A stretch of DNA of 64,000 nucleotides, taken from assembly GCA_963665115.1 (NCBI GenBank), contig OY762007.1:5696001-5760000 (forward strand), read 5' to 3'. Origin of the DNA: an uncultured Rivularia sp. Lineage in GTDB: Bacteria; Cyanobacteriota; Cyanobacteriia; Cyanobacteriales; Nostocaceae. Both the position numbers and the translations under genes were made by a program. The stretch's first letter is position 1. Each line of letters opens with the position of its first letter. Below the pieces are notes generated by a model. The model saw only the letters and a list, made by a program, of their open reading frames with translations. It was not told the DNA's origin and searched no databases. This document shows positions 45,417 through 55,903 of the stretch, piece by piece.

Positions 45417-46235
45417 TCAAACATTAAGGTTGTTTGCATTTCCCATTCCCAATTCCCTATTTCCTAAAGCTTTCAAAAGACAATCGGATAATTCGCAAAA
45501 ACCTTCTCCTTCTGAATTCTCGGTGATATAAGCGGGTTTATGCTCTAATTTATCCACATATTCCCGCACGTTAGCTACACCCACGGATACATCAAAATAA
45601 TTTTTATCAAACAAGCTTTCATCATTGGGGCTATCCCCAACTGTAACAACTTCATCCGAAGCGTATCCAGGAAAATATTCTTGCAGTACTTGCCATAACC
45701 CTACAGCTTTATCCTGCCCCAAAGGTTTGATATGGCACTGAACGTTACTGTAAGTGAATCCCCAACCATTATCCTGGCATTGATGTGAAAGAGTTTGTAA
45801 TGAAGCGCTATTCAAACCCGCTACATCAAAAGTCCAATCTGTAATGCGAAAACGATTGTCGGAAGATTCTTTAATTTGAGGGAAATCAAGCTGTAATTTT
45901 TGAAAAACAGTTTCTAAATCTCTTCTATGCTGCTTTAAATCTTCTATAGGTGTAATAGCAACCGCTTGCTCGCTTTGAGAGGGATAAAACAAACCACCAT
46001 TTTCGGCGATCGCACCAACTACTGGCAAATAATAAGCCAAACCGCTAACCCAACCAGCGGAACGTCCGGTAACAATAATTACTTTGATATTTGAGAAAGC
46101 TAAATCTTGCAAAGCTTGCAGTAGTGCATTACTAAATTTACCTTTCGTAGTTAAAGTACCATCCATATCCGTAGCTACCAGACGGATTTTAGAAAAACAG
46201 TTACTTAGGGAAGGTTGAGGAAGCGATAAGGACAT
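45417..46235 (-). CDS. HAD-IIB hydrolase
   Basis: DMDGTL, TGRS, GDSPND. Confidence 0.9.
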   Translation of the reverse strand: MSLSLPQPSLSNCFSKIRLVATDMDGTLTTKGKFSNALLQALQDLAFSNIKVIIVTGRSAGWVSGLAYYLPVVGAIAENGGLFYPSQSEQAVAITPIEDLKQHRRDLETVFQKLQLDFPQIKESSDNRFRITDWTFDVAGLNSASLQTLSHQCQDNGWGFTYSNVQCHIKPLGQDKAVGLWQVLQEYFPGYASDEVVTVGDSPNDESLFDKNYFDVSVGVANVREYVDKLEHKPAYITENSEGEGFCELSDCLLKALGNRELGMGNANNLNV

Positions 46236-46484
46236 TTACGAAGAAGGGGAATAGGGAACGGCAACAGGGAAGAATATCAATATCAATTTTCTTGTAAAGC
46301 TTAGAGGGTGTTTTAAAATTATCCGCCAGGAGAAGTATGAAATTAGACTTTCGAGCGCATTATAGCCACTCCCTGATAAAACAATTCATAAGTACTATAT
46401 AATCGCTGAAATTTAGACCGATCAAAATTAATTTTTTAATTTTTCAAAGAAAATACAATCATATCGCAAAACGGAGTTGCAAAT

Positions 46485-47357
46485 TTGGGCATCCTAACTA
46501 TGAGGAGTCCAATTTTAATTGTGTCCATTATGTCAACTTCGATACTTGTTGCTCAATCTCCCGCAGCAAAAACCAATAAGGCATCCGAGCAGGTACCCGC
46601 AGCTACCGAAACTCAACTACCTCCATTACCAATAATGGTATCTGGAGGACTTACTGTAATGGTGATTGGCTTAATTATCTACGGTAAAATCCAGACGAAG
46701 AAGCTGGAGAAGAAACTTAGGTTTGAAAAATTCCGCACCCGAGAGTTAGAGAAGAAGCTGAAGCTATCTCTCCAAACGATTCGTAAAATGGAAACAAACC
46801 CCGATTTGATTAACTCGCGGGAATTCAATCTGGATTATTTGCGAATGCGGATGGAGGAAGAAGTCTTCCACTTTGCCATTGTTAATCAAATAAAAATTAC
46901 CATCAAAGAGAAAATTTCTCAAGCACTGCGTCCAAACCATGCAAAACAAGGAGTTGTGGGAATTGCAAGTAGCGCTGCAAGACAGATAGATGAAATCTTT
47001 GATGTAGAGTATGAAACTGGGGTTGCGACAAATAACGGTAAACGAGTACTGTTTCGCATTCAAATTAGGTTAATGAAATTGCCTACACAAGCAAGTTCAG
47101 CCACCATTAGCCAATTAATTGACTGCGTTGAAACGTATCTAAGTCCCGCAGAAGATCATGATAGTTGGCAACCTACCATTCAAGGTCGAATAGCTTTTAT
47201 GCATTGGGACCAAAAAGCCAAACCCACACCTTTATTAGTGTTAGAACAATCTAACGAAGGTGTTAATGTCACTTTCCGTACCAGTCGTTCCGGCAACGGC
47301 AATAACGATATAATGAATCACTCGCCAAAAAACAACAAAACTGGTTATCGAAAATGA
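46485..47357 (+). CDS. Conserved hypothetical protein (one TM, coiled coil); true start may be ATG 46530
   Basis: Long ORF with TM segment and coiled coil. Confidence 0.75.
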   Translation: MGILTMRSPILIVSIMSTSILVAQSPAAKTNKASEQVPAATETQLPPLPIMVSGGLTVMVIGLIIYGKIQTKKLEKKLRFEKFRTRELEKKLKLSLQTIRKMETNPDLINSREFNLDYLRMRMEEEVFHFAIVNQIKITIKEKISQALRPNHAKQGVVGIASSAARQIDEIFDVEYETGVATNNGKRVLFRIQIRLMKLPTQASSATISQLIDCVETYLSPAEDHDSWQPTIQGRIAFMHWDQKAKPTPLLVLEQSNEGVNVTFRTSRSGNGNNDIMNHSPKNNKTGYRK

Positions 47358-47502
47358 ACGGCAAACAGTTAAGAGTTAACAGTTAGCAGTTATTTAACAA
47401 AAAATACCGTCGATTTGCGATTTGAGATTAAGTATTAGCTTTATTCTAAGGAGGCAGATTTAGAATATTGAAATTTGCATCAATCCAAAATCCAAAATTA
47501 AC

Positions 47503-48207
47503 TTAGTTACTAAGTGTTAACTGTTCGCTAGTTAAAAGCCCATCTTCCATGTTTACAATACGGTCGGCAATATCCAAAATACGACTATCATGAGTTACTA
47601 ACAAAATAGACGTTCCTTGCTCTTTAGCAAGGTGCTGCATTATTTCTACAACATCTCTTCCAGACTGTTTATCCAAAGCTGCTGTAGGTTCATCTGCTAA
47701 TACTAGTGGGGGATTATTTACCAAAGCACGAGCAATAGCAACTCTCTGCTTTTGACCTCCAGAAAGATTGTCGGGAAAGTAATCAATTCGATTTGCCAAA
47801 CCTACTGCTTGTAAAATATCTTTCGATTGAGTAATAGCTTCTTTTTGAGAAATACATTTATTTAGTTCTGCTGCGATTTGCACGTTTTGTCTGGCAGTCA
47901 AAAACTCTAGCAAATTATGTGCTTGAAAAATATAGCCAATATTACGTCGGGTGCTGACCAATTTTCTAGGATTAGCTCGATAAAGTTCTTCTCCTAAAAA
48001 TTTAAGACTTCCTTCTTGTACCGAACGTAAACCACCAATTAGACTAAGTAAAGTGGTCTTACCCGAACCAGAAGGACCAGTCATAATAACAATTTCACCA
48101 GGATAAATATCCAGATTAATATCATACAAAATCTGCTTCTTCAGCGAACCCTTTCCGTAATAGTGATTCAGGTATTGAATTGAAATGACAGGTTCTTTTC
48201 TCATCAT
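47503..48207 (-). CDS. devA: DevA-type ABC exporter ATPase
   Basis: GPSGSGKT, GYIFQAHNL, LSGGQKQR; follows devC. Confidence 0.92.
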   Translation of the reverse strand: MMRKEPVISIQYLNHYYGKGSLKKQILYDINLDIYPGEIVIMTGPSGSGKTTLLSLIGGLRSVQEGSLKFLGEELYRANPRKLVSTRRNIGYIFQAHNLLEFLTARQNVQIAAELNKCISQKEAITQSKDILQAVGLANRIDYFPDNLSGGQKQRVAIARALVNNPPLVLADEPTAALDKQSGRDVVEIMQHLAKEQGTSILLVTHDSRILDIADRIVNMEDGLLTSEQLTLSN

Positions 48208-48300
48208 GTTACTAGTTAGTTGTTAGAAGTTATAAATTAAGAATTAGGACTTAGGAATTAGAAGTTTTATGGTCACTGTGACCTGGTAACTGATAACTGA

Positions 48301-49452
48301 TTAAAAAATGTCTGCTGGATCGGCTGACTTTAATTTCTTTACGGCAATTATTCCTGAAATAGAGCACATCAAAATAGTTAATAACAGCACCATAACTGCT
48401 CTACTACTAGTCATAAAAACTGGTAGAAGAGTAGCTGCTCTTGCTTGTTGGTATAGAAATAAAGCAAGAGCAAATCCAGGTAAATATCCTAAAACTGCTA
48501 ATATAAGAGCTTCTTGAAGAATTACAATTAAAAAGTAATTATGCGAATAGCCAATTGCTTTAAGAGTGGCATATTCAACTAAATGATCTGAAACTTCGCT
48601 ATAAAGTATTTGATAGACAATCACGGTTCCGACAATAAAACCCATGATTGTTCCTAAAGTGAAAATAAAACCAATAGCGGTACTACTTGCCCAATAATTT
48701 TTTTCAAAATCAACGAATTCTTGTTTAGTAAAAACTTTAACGTCTCGATCTAAATAATTTCTTAATTGTTGAGCAACAAGATCTGGATCTGCACCAGGTT
48801 TCAATTTAATTAAGCCAATATCAATTAACCCAGGCTGACGACTTCCAAAGATTCTGAGAAAATTAAGGTCACTGGTAATTAAATTACCGTCTGCCCCAAA
48901 TGAAGCACCTAAAGTAAATAACCCTCCAACCTTAACTAACTTACTTCTGACTTCTGCTTTAACATCATCACCTTGTTCAAATTGCGCGACAATTGGGCCA
49001 TATTCTTGTCGAGAAGAACGGTCATATAAAACGACGTTTGGTAGTTGAATTTTATCTAAATTTTGTTGTAGCCCTGGAAGTTGTAATACATCATTTTGTG
49101 GATTTATTCCTATGACCAAAAGATTTCGAGGAATACCTGTTTGTGGATTTTTCCAACTCGTATAGTCTACATATATTGGATCTACTGACTCTACTGACTC
49201 TAAATCTAAAGCTTGGTACAGTCGTTTTTGAGAAAATCTTTTCATCGACAATATAGCACTTGTCTGACGATTAACTAATACAATTTCCCCTTGCAAACTA
49301 TTATGAAAACGAACGTTACTGTAATACAGAGAATCGCGAAAACCAAGCTGCATAAACATTAAAATATCGGCAAAAGCGATTCCCGCTAATGCCACCGCTA
49401 AACGAGACGCTTCACGTTTGAGTTGTAACCATGCTAAAGGTAGTTTTGCCAT
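48301..49452 (-). CDS. devC: DevC-type ABC exporter permease
   Basis: LAWLQL, AFADILMFMQLGF, EYATLKAIG, ADPADIF. Confidence 0.92.
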   Translation of the reverse strand: MAKLPLAWLQLKREASRLAVALAGIAFADILMFMQLGFRDSLYYSNVRFHNSLQGEIVLVNRQTSAILSMKRFSQKRLYQALDLESVESVDPIYVDYTSWKNPQTGIPRNLLVIGINPQNDVLQLPGLQQNLDKIQLPNVVLYDRSSRQEYGPIVAQFEQGDDVKAEVRSKLVKVGGLFTLGASFGADGNLITSDLNFLRIFGSRQPGLIDIGLIKLKPGADPDLVAQQLRNYLDRDVKVFTKQEFVDFEKNYWASSTAIGFIFTLGTIMGFIVGTVIVYQILYSEVSDHLVEYATLKAIGYSHNYFLIVILQEALILAVLGYLPGFALALFLYQQARAATLLPVFMTSSRAVMVLLLTILMCSISGIIAVKKLKSADPADIF

Positions 49453-49535
49453 AAGTTTTCAGTGAGCAGTGAGCAGTTAACAGCGAGCAGTTGGGAGTTA
49501 GGAATTAGGAGTTAAATATTAACCTTTGACCTTTT

Positions 49536-50951
49536 TTAAATCTGAATTGTAGCTATCACTTTGGCATTAGTTAAACCTGATACTCTTTCTTTATCTTGTT
49601 CGGATAGAGCAATCTTGACTTCTACAACTCTGGCATCTACATCTGCTGCTGGGTCGGTATTTAGGACGTTTCTGCTGCCTATTTTTCTGCCAATTTCAGA
49701 GACGGTTCCTTGTAGTTTGCCGGTAAATGCTCCATTGTCGCTGACTATGGAAGCCAACTGTCCCAAACGCACTCTACCAATACTTGCTTCGGGAACTTCT
49801 GCTACAACAATCATTTCGTCGGTACGTCCAATTTCGGCAATACCTTCAGCACTCATGGTTTCTCCCGCCTTGGTATATATTTCTAAAACTTCCCCCGCGA
49901 TTGGTGCGATTACATAACTCAATTTCATATCCGCTTCAGCTTTTCTCATTTGCGCGATCGCATTATTCACTTGAGCTTGTGCAATCCGAGTATTGCTAGG
50001 GCGAATTTCTTGGAGTCTATTCAAATTTGCTTTTTGTTCTTCTATCTGCCTCTGTAAGGTTGCTATAGTTCTGTTTTGGTTTGCTTGCGCTTCTACTAAC
50101 TGTTGTCGCAGGATGGCGATAGTTTTTTCTCTATCTACTCTTGCTTGGGTTCGTTGTTCTCGCAAGCTGGCGATCGCCCGTCTGCGATTAGCTTGACTTT
50201 CTATTAATTGCTGAGTAGCACTTTGTGCCGATAGTCGTCTTCTATCCCTTTCTTGTTGGGAAATAGCACCTTGTCTATACAACTGTTCGTAACGTCGAGC
50301 ATCAACTTGGGCATTTTTAGCTTCCGCTTGTACCCTCGCTACTGTTGCTCTGAGAGAATCTTGCTGCCCTTCTAATTCGACAGCTAAACGATTTATTGTT
50401 GCTTGTTGAGAAATAGATTCTCCACGTAACTGTGCTTGCAAACGAGCGATTGTTGCGTTACCAGCCTGTTGTTCGCCGGTTAACTGTGCCTCAAGCCGAG
50501 CAATTACTGCTTGTTGAGCTTGAATTTCTCGCGGCGAACCTACTTTGACACCAGCTAGATTCGCACGGCTTTCTTGAATTCTGGCTTTTGCTTGTTCTAC
50601 CGTGGCTTGACTGCTCTTAAATCCATCCAAAACTGCAATTACTTGACCTTTTTTTACTTTTTGCCCTTCTTTGACCAACATTTCTTCTACTCGCGATGTG
50701 CCCTGTATCCCTGTTGGTGCAGAAAGTTTAATTACTTCTCCTTTAGGTTGCAAACGGCCAGATGCATTTACGCTACTAATTGCCGGTCTAACTGGTACTG
50801 GCGTATTGGATTTATCTAATCTTTCTATTCTCGCTTTAGTTAGTACCCCAGCAGTAATAGCTAACGGTACTGCTACTGCAATACCCCACCAAAGTCTCGA
50901 CTTACCCGGTGGCTGTTCTCTTATAACTGGTTTCTCATTTACCCTTGACAT
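49536..50951 (-). CDS. devB: DevB-type membrane fusion protein
   Basis: GRLQPKGEVI, long coiled coil, DVDARVVEVKI. Confidence 0.9.
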   Translation of the reverse strand: MSRVNEKPVIREQPPGKSRLWWGIAVAVPLAITAGVLTKARIERLDKSNTPVPVRPAISSVNASGRLQPKGEVIKLSAPTGIQGTSRVEEMLVKEGQKVKKGQVIAVLDGFKSSQATVEQAKARIQESRANLAGVKVGSPREIQAQQAVIARLEAQLTGEQQAGNATIARLQAQLRGESISQQATINRLAVELEGQQDSLRATVARVQAEAKNAQVDARRYEQLYRQGAISQQERDRRRLSAQSATQQLIESQANRRRAIASLREQRTQARVDREKTIAILRQQLVEAQANQNRTIATLQRQIEEQKANLNRLQEIRPSNTRIAQAQVNNAIAQMRKAEADMKLSYVIAPIAGEVLEIYTKAGETMSAEGIAEIGRTDEMIVVAEVPEASIGRVRLGQLASIVSDNGAFTGKLQGTVSEIGRKIGSRNVLNTDPAADVDARVVEVKIALSEQDKERVSGLTNAKVIATIQI

Positions 50952-51560
50952 GATATTTTCTCCATTCTTTTAATCATGCTGAGTAGAAATAATAAGTAAT
51001 TCCATCTCAAACCCACATTGGGGGCTAATTTTGTTTCAAAAGGTTTTACAAACATTTTTTTTGATAATCAACCTACATTTGCTGTATAGTTGCTGTTTAT
51101 TTAGAACTTAAAATTCGTAATAATTGATAATTTTTATTTTGCTTAAAATTATCTTAGTTAGCTGATAGTTAAAATTGCCGAGTACTTCAACATTATCTTG
51201 AGATTTTTTACAGAGATTTTCTGCTTATGATGACAATCTTTTTAAATAAATAGATCGGTAATCATCTTGATAAATTTTCTAATTATTTTACATATTTATT
51301 CCGACCTCATTTCTCTCAATTTATTACATATAAATACCTGTAGCACTTAAAATAAATCAAGCAAACTCATATTTAGTAAGCAGTTCACATAACTAAACAA
51401 TAATCTTTAATATTAAATAGAATTAAATATGATCGATAAATCAGCTATAAATGGTAAAAACAGAAATAAGAAACAAAGTATATCTTCCGGCTTATTAATC
51501 TATACTTTGCGCTCTATATTTATTAAAATTATATAGTTACATTTCACTCACAATAAATAA

Positions 51561-51602
51561 ATTCTACATTGAAGTGTTGTTCTAAAACGTAACATAATCT
51601 AC
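51561..51602 (-). promoter_or_regulatory. Class II NtcA-activated promoter for devBCA
   Basis: Minus strand GTAGATTATGTTAC-N22-TAGAAT. Confidence 0.8.
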
Positions 51603-51825
51603 AGATGCCCAATAGTATTTGTAGGGTTATTTTACTAGATTTAATATTGATAGTTAACTATGCATGAGAATAACATTTATGCAGATTTCGGAATACATAT
51701 TGTATCTGCATAAATGTGAATTAACAACATAGCAAGCCCTATGTAATTGTAAAAAATGCATCAAAAAAAACCAGGTTTAAAAAACCGGGTTTGCATAAAA
51801 ATCTAAAATCATCTCAGAAAGCATC

Positions 51826-51918
51826 TGGCGATTGAATATGCCCTCCGGGCACGCTGCGCTAACACTGCTACACAGGCAAAGTCCACCTGCGTGGACTAGT
51901 ATTCTATAACCCGCGCAG
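51826..51918. repeat. REP-like unit interrupted by an SDR-type insert
   Basis: CTGGCGATTGAA[...TGCCCTCCGGGCACGCTGCGCTAA]...CTACACAGGCAAAGTCCACCTGCGTGGACT; compare 2007-2056. Confidence 0.65.
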
Positions 51919-51972
51919 ATAATTAAATACTTTATTCCCACTCGCTACTCGCTACTCATAACTCCCTACTCC

Positions 51973-52725
51973 CTACTGCCCTAGAGGAGTATCAAACAAA
52001 ACAGTTGTCATATAATTTTCAGCCCACTCCGAACCAAAAGCTTTTTCTAAAACGCGGCGAGTTTTATCATTTTGCTGCTGTTTACTACAGTAATTTAATT
52101 GCCCTTCCAACAACTTACTTGCTGCTTCAGATGAAACAGGTTTTGCAGCAACAGCATTTTGACAATGAACTTCTAAAAAATTCTCAACCCGTGAAAGAAA
52201 CATTTGTTCTTCTTCAGGAGAGCCAGGGCGTACAAAAATGCAAAACTCAGAAAAAATGTTTCCCCATTCAGGTAATTCACGAGGTTGGGAGAAATTGAGC
52301 GTAGGTAAAGCACCAAGTTGGTTATTGTAGCTAGATGGTAAAATGCCCTTCGTGCCATTCATATTAAGCGGAGACAAATCGGCGATCGCCGCACTAATTT
52401 GACCTCTACCGCCCACTAAATCGCAACCAAACATCGGTAAATCGTATTCCGGATAAGGAAACATGACGCAATGCAAAATATCGAGCATTGAACCAACCTT
52501 CGCAAGTTCCATATGCAGCTTGCGGAACTGAGGAGTTTGGTAACAGCGATTTTCAATAGTAAGTTTTTCACCTTCTAACTTACCTTCCACATATCCCAAC
52601 TCAGCAGGCAAATGATAAGGAGATAAATCCAAATGCTGATGCCACGCTTTTTCAATAGAATCAGCCAACTGACGAATCAGGGGATGTTGTTGCTCGCGGA
52701 GTGAGGATTTAGTTGCGGAGGACAT
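51973..52725 (-). CDS. pcyA: Phycocyanobilin:ferredoxin oxidoreductase
   Basis: FRKLHMELA, DILHCVMFP, FGCDLV, QQQNDKTRRVLEKAFG. Confidence 0.96.
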   Translation of the reverse strand: MSSATKSSLREQQHPLIRQLADSIEKAWHQHLDLSPYHLPAELGYVEGKLEGEKLTIENRCYQTPQFRKLHMELAKVGSMLDILHCVMFPYPEYDLPMFGCDLVGGRGQISAAIADLSPLNMNGTKGILPSSYNNQLGALPTLNFSQPRELPEWGNIFSEFCIFVRPGSPEEEQMFLSRVENFLEVHCQNAVAAKPVSSEAASKLLEGQLNYCSKQQQNDKTRRVLEKAFGSEWAENYMTTVLFDTPLGQ

Positions 52726-52833
52726 ATTTAAATAAAAATATATTATCTAATAGTCAGTCTACCGCTATGAGTTATCAATGAACAATTAACATTGAAGATA
52801 AGTTGCTTATTAAATAGTGAAATATTGTTAATT

Positions 52834-53460
52834 TTACCCACCAGCCCTCAACACTTGTTCAGCAGTCAATTTCAAGCCTGGAAAGGTTGGAGAGAAAACG
52901 ATCTGATTGCCTCGAAGTTGTTGAATTTCGTATTCTCCATTCACTAACGTACAAATAGAGAGAGTGGGTTGCTTAGGCTTGCCAATGTATCGAGTACCAC
53001 CATTACCTGCGTAGTCTGCAATCCAATATTCGGGGATACCTAAAGCTGCATAATCTTCAACCTTGCGGGCATAATCGTTTTGCCAGTTGCTACTAACAAC
53101 TTCCGCGACAAATTTAATCGAACTGCCTAGCGTCAAAATCGACTGGCTAGACCAAAGAACTTCTTTGGTCAGTTCGTCTCGATTAACAACTGCAATATCG
53201 GGTCGAAATGCACTCATCCCAAGATTTGAAGGACGTAATAGCCCCCGTTGAAGCACAAACCAAGGTAAACCTGCCCCGTCGATCTGGACGCAGACCTCTG
53301 TGGTGATGAAGGCTGCAACTTCTTCGTGGGGACCTGTGGGTTCCAAGTCGAACACCTCTCCATCAATCAGTTCATAGCGGTTATCGCCACCGTAACGAAC
53401 AAGAAATTCATCAAAGTTGAGTGACTTCTGTTGTATTGGTTGGTCGGTTGTAATGTTCAT
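52834..53460 (-). CDS. Uma2 family endonuclease
   Basis: YELIDG, RPDIAV, EVVSSNW, GIPEYWIAD. Confidence 0.9.
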   Translation of the reverse strand: MNITTDQPIQQKSLNFDEFLVRYGGDNRYELIDGEVFDLEPTGPHEEVAAFITTEVCVQIDGAGLPWFVLQRGLLRPSNLGMSAFRPDIAVVNRDELTKEVLWSSQSILTLGSSIKFVAEVVSSNWQNDYARKVEDYAALGIPEYWIADYAGNGGTRYIGKPKQPTLSICTLVNGEYEIQQLRGNQIVFSPTFPGLKLTAEQVLRAGG

Positions 53461-53625
53461 AAATCAACTTAACCAAATCAATGCTTTTAGTCTAATAGAA
53501 CAAATATCTAAGAAGATAATAACTGCTAACCGTAATCGTTCTGTTAGTGGAAGAGTAACAACGACTTTAATATATACTGATAACCTATGGTACTCAATCA
53601 ACCATAATAAAGTAGATAAAATGTT

Positions 53626-53964
53626 TCAAGGAGCATCAAAGTCAGCGAGCGATTTCTTAAGACATTTGCGAACTTCTTGCCAATCATGCTCTGATAAATG
53701 ACCAATCAAAACTGGATTCGCCGATTGGGGAAGAGTAACAATAAAACAGCGAAATGCAGAGCTAACTCTTAAACCAGCTGTTTTCCAATCCTGAAGTACG
53801 TAGTCAGTTACTCCAAGTCCAGTTGTTTGGCTAGTTATAAGTCCAACAATTATATCTGGACGGTTTGCGTGATACGTTGCTGAAGATAAAACAAGAGCCG
53901 GACGGCGTTTAATACCAGTTACACCCGGAAAATCAACTGTTATTACGTCACCAGCATCAAACAT
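53626..53964 (-). CDS. PemK/MazF-family toxin
   Basis: GDVITVDFP, KRRPALVLS, DWKTAGL. Confidence 0.88.
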   Translation of the reverse strand: MFDAGDVITVDFPGVTGIKRRPALVLSSATYHANRPDIIVGLITSQTTGLGVTDYVLQDWKTAGLRVSSAFRCFIVTLPQSANPVLIGHLSEHDWQEVRKCLKKSLADFDAP

Positions 53965-54188
53965 TACTCAACGTTTTCCTCATCTTCGGGAAATAATATA
54001 GCTGCGTACTGCAACGAAAAATTATTAACATCAACTATATCTCGATCTGTCCAGCAATCGCTTCGATCGACGACAGATGAATCTTGCTCAACTAATTCAT
54101 TAAGAATAAGATTTGCTAGTCGTAACCGCTCTTGTGGTGGAAGGTTACGAACGACTTGAATATACACTTCTTGTGCAGAAGTTGACAT
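53964..54188 (-). CDS. Putative antitoxin
   Basis: 74-aa acidic ORF overlapping the toxin start by 1 nt. Confidence 0.75.
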   Translation of the reverse strand: MSTSAQEVYIQVVRNLPPQERLRLANLILNELVEQDSSVVDRSDCWTDRDIVDVNNFSLQYAAILFPEDEENVE

Positions 54189-54202
54189 AATGAAAAATTA
54201 TC

Positions 54203-54568
54203 TTAGTCTTCATCTACCAAGTGTAACACTTCCGTTACAACACCTTCAGCAACTTTATACGAACCAGCAACCACATAAAATTTTGTTCCAGACTGAATGC
54301 GCTGTTTATGAACTGTTAGACGTAATTCTAAATTGAGAACCCGAAAGTAGGCTTTGACTTCGCCTTCACATAAACTTCCTTCGGGCAACAAGTTTCTTTC
54401 TGCATCTAATAAGGCATAATGTATCATCCAAGCACGATTTTTATCTCCTTCGTACATGAAGTCATGTTTCATTCCTTGCCGAAGTAAACTAATGCCAGTT
54501 TTAGGCTGAGGAATCGCTTTTAGTTGGGCAGCAAAATCTGGTTGTTGATAAACCCATTCTTCAACCAT
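54203..54568 (-). CDS. Hypothetical protein, stand-alone EF-Tu domain III-like barrel
   Basis: C-terminal GTKFYVVAGSYKVAEGVVTEV resembles the EF-Tu C-terminus. Confidence 0.5.
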   Translation of the reverse strand: MVEEWVYQQPDFAAQLKAIPQPKTGISLLRQGMKHDFMYEGDKNRAWMIHYALLDAERNLLPEGSLCEGEVKAYFRVLNLELRLTVHKQRIQSGTKFYVVAGSYKVAEGVVTEVLHLVDED

Positions 54569-54594
54569 AGCCAAATTTATTGATGCAGATAAAA

Positions 54595-54801
54595 TTACTG
54601 TCCTCTTCCTGGTTTACAGTCCGCAAAACCCAATGCTTCTGTATCAAGAAAACTAGCGATCGCCATTTCAATTACTGCTTCGATTGGATACTCAATTTCG
54701 TTAGCACGAGCAATTAGAGCTTCTCGAATTCGCTTGGGTAAAAGTTCTAAGATCGCTTCGGCATCCGCACTCGTAAGTTGCTCTTGAAGTTTAGCTTGCA
54801 T
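54595..54801 (-). CDS. Small hypothetical protein (possible RHH-like antitoxin)
   Basis: 68 aa, 5 nt downstream of the GIY-YIG gene. Confidence 0.7.
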   Translation of the reverse strand: MQAKLQEQLTSADAEAILELLPKRIREALIARANEIEYPIEAVIEMAIASFLDTEALGFADCKPGRGQ

Positions 54802-54806
54802 AGATT

Positions 54807-55184
54807 CTACCTTTCGGGTGGAATTTGGACATTGTAAGGAGGTTCAGTTGCTCTAATAATAATCGCTTCTAACTCCAATAATAGCTTAGGGTTTTCCCAG
54901 TAAGAAATTGGCTGTATCGCAATACGAATATCTTCATCACTGTATTTATCAAGCCATGCCCACAAAAAAGCTTTGTGTCCACCACTAAAACGACCTCGTA
55001 AGCTCTTAGTTTTACCGATATAAAGCAAACTATCAGTTTTATGTCTGACCGCATAAATACCAGGACGCGCAGGAATGCTAGAAAACTCTCGGCTCAGAAG
55101 GTAGCATTGCTCGAAGGGCGTAAAAGCAATTGCATCCAGAATTCTTTGAGCTTGGATTTGCAATTGTGAATCGTTTATCGGCAT
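54807..55184 (-). CDS. GIY-YIG nuclease
   Basis: PGIYAV...LLYIGKT...LRGRF...LE...PPYN. Confidence 0.88.
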   Translation of the reverse strand: MPINDSQLQIQAQRILDAIAFTPFEQCYLLSREFSSIPARPGIYAVRHKTDSLLYIGKTKSLRGRFSGGHKAFLWAWLDKYSDEDIRIAIQPISYWENPKLLLELEAIIIRATEPPYNVQIPPER

Positions 55185-55376
55185 GAAAGTAAGAAAGCGG
55201 ATTGCACAAAAATCATCCTCTCACAAATTTTGCCGTAGTTTGCAGAACTTACGCAGGGACAAAAATGCCGTGATATGTATTAGAGATGAATATAGGGACT
55301 TTCTGCCATATCGACTTAGGGTGTGAAGTTAATAACGACTCGGAGTATCGCAATTTTTAATGTCCCCCTGAATATC

Positions 55377-55832
55377 CTACGAGCCAACGAATCTTCTAAC
55401 AGGCAAACGTGAATCTAAGTCAATACCGTGATTGATGCAGACCGATCTAAGATCATTTGCGGCATAAATTGCCCAGCAAACTCGCTCTCTAGCATACTCT
55501 GTTCCACAGGAAGTAGCACCGTGAACCAGTCTGTTACGTAATCGAAAAGCTCTAACAACACCATCCCAGTTATTTACTGCTTGAGGAAATCGCAATTGGA
55601 CTCTTGGAAAAACCTCACCTTTCCAAACATCCTTATAATTACCGAGTCCGTGACATTTTTCCAGTTTCTTTCGTACCTCCACATTTGCAGAAGTACCGAG
55701 TGCAATAATTGCACGCCGAGCCGTTCACTCAAAGTGAATAACTGAAAGAAGGGCTGACAATGAAGGATCTTCATTCAAAAATTGCTTGATTCGATTTTCA
55801 CGAGACAGACTTGAATCTTTAACTAAAAACAT
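55377..55832 (-). pseudogene. HEPN-like protein with in-frame TGA at codon 36 (55725-55727)
   Basis: MFLVKDSS...VIHFE*TARRAIIALG...RNRLVHG (R-x4-H). Confidence 0.7.
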
Positions 55833-55903
55833 TTCCAAAAAACTCAGTAATATATGTGTTGTTTATTATACTGACAAATAGACTTGTCCACCATCGGCTC
55901 TTT

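Noticed and set aside
8744..50973. Numerous 60-150 aa antisense or alternate-frame ORFs in the track
   Set aside because: Shadow ORFs overlapping well-supported genes, with no motifs
52834..55900. Integron cassette array
   Set aside because: No integrase and no shared attC-like repeats in the spacers
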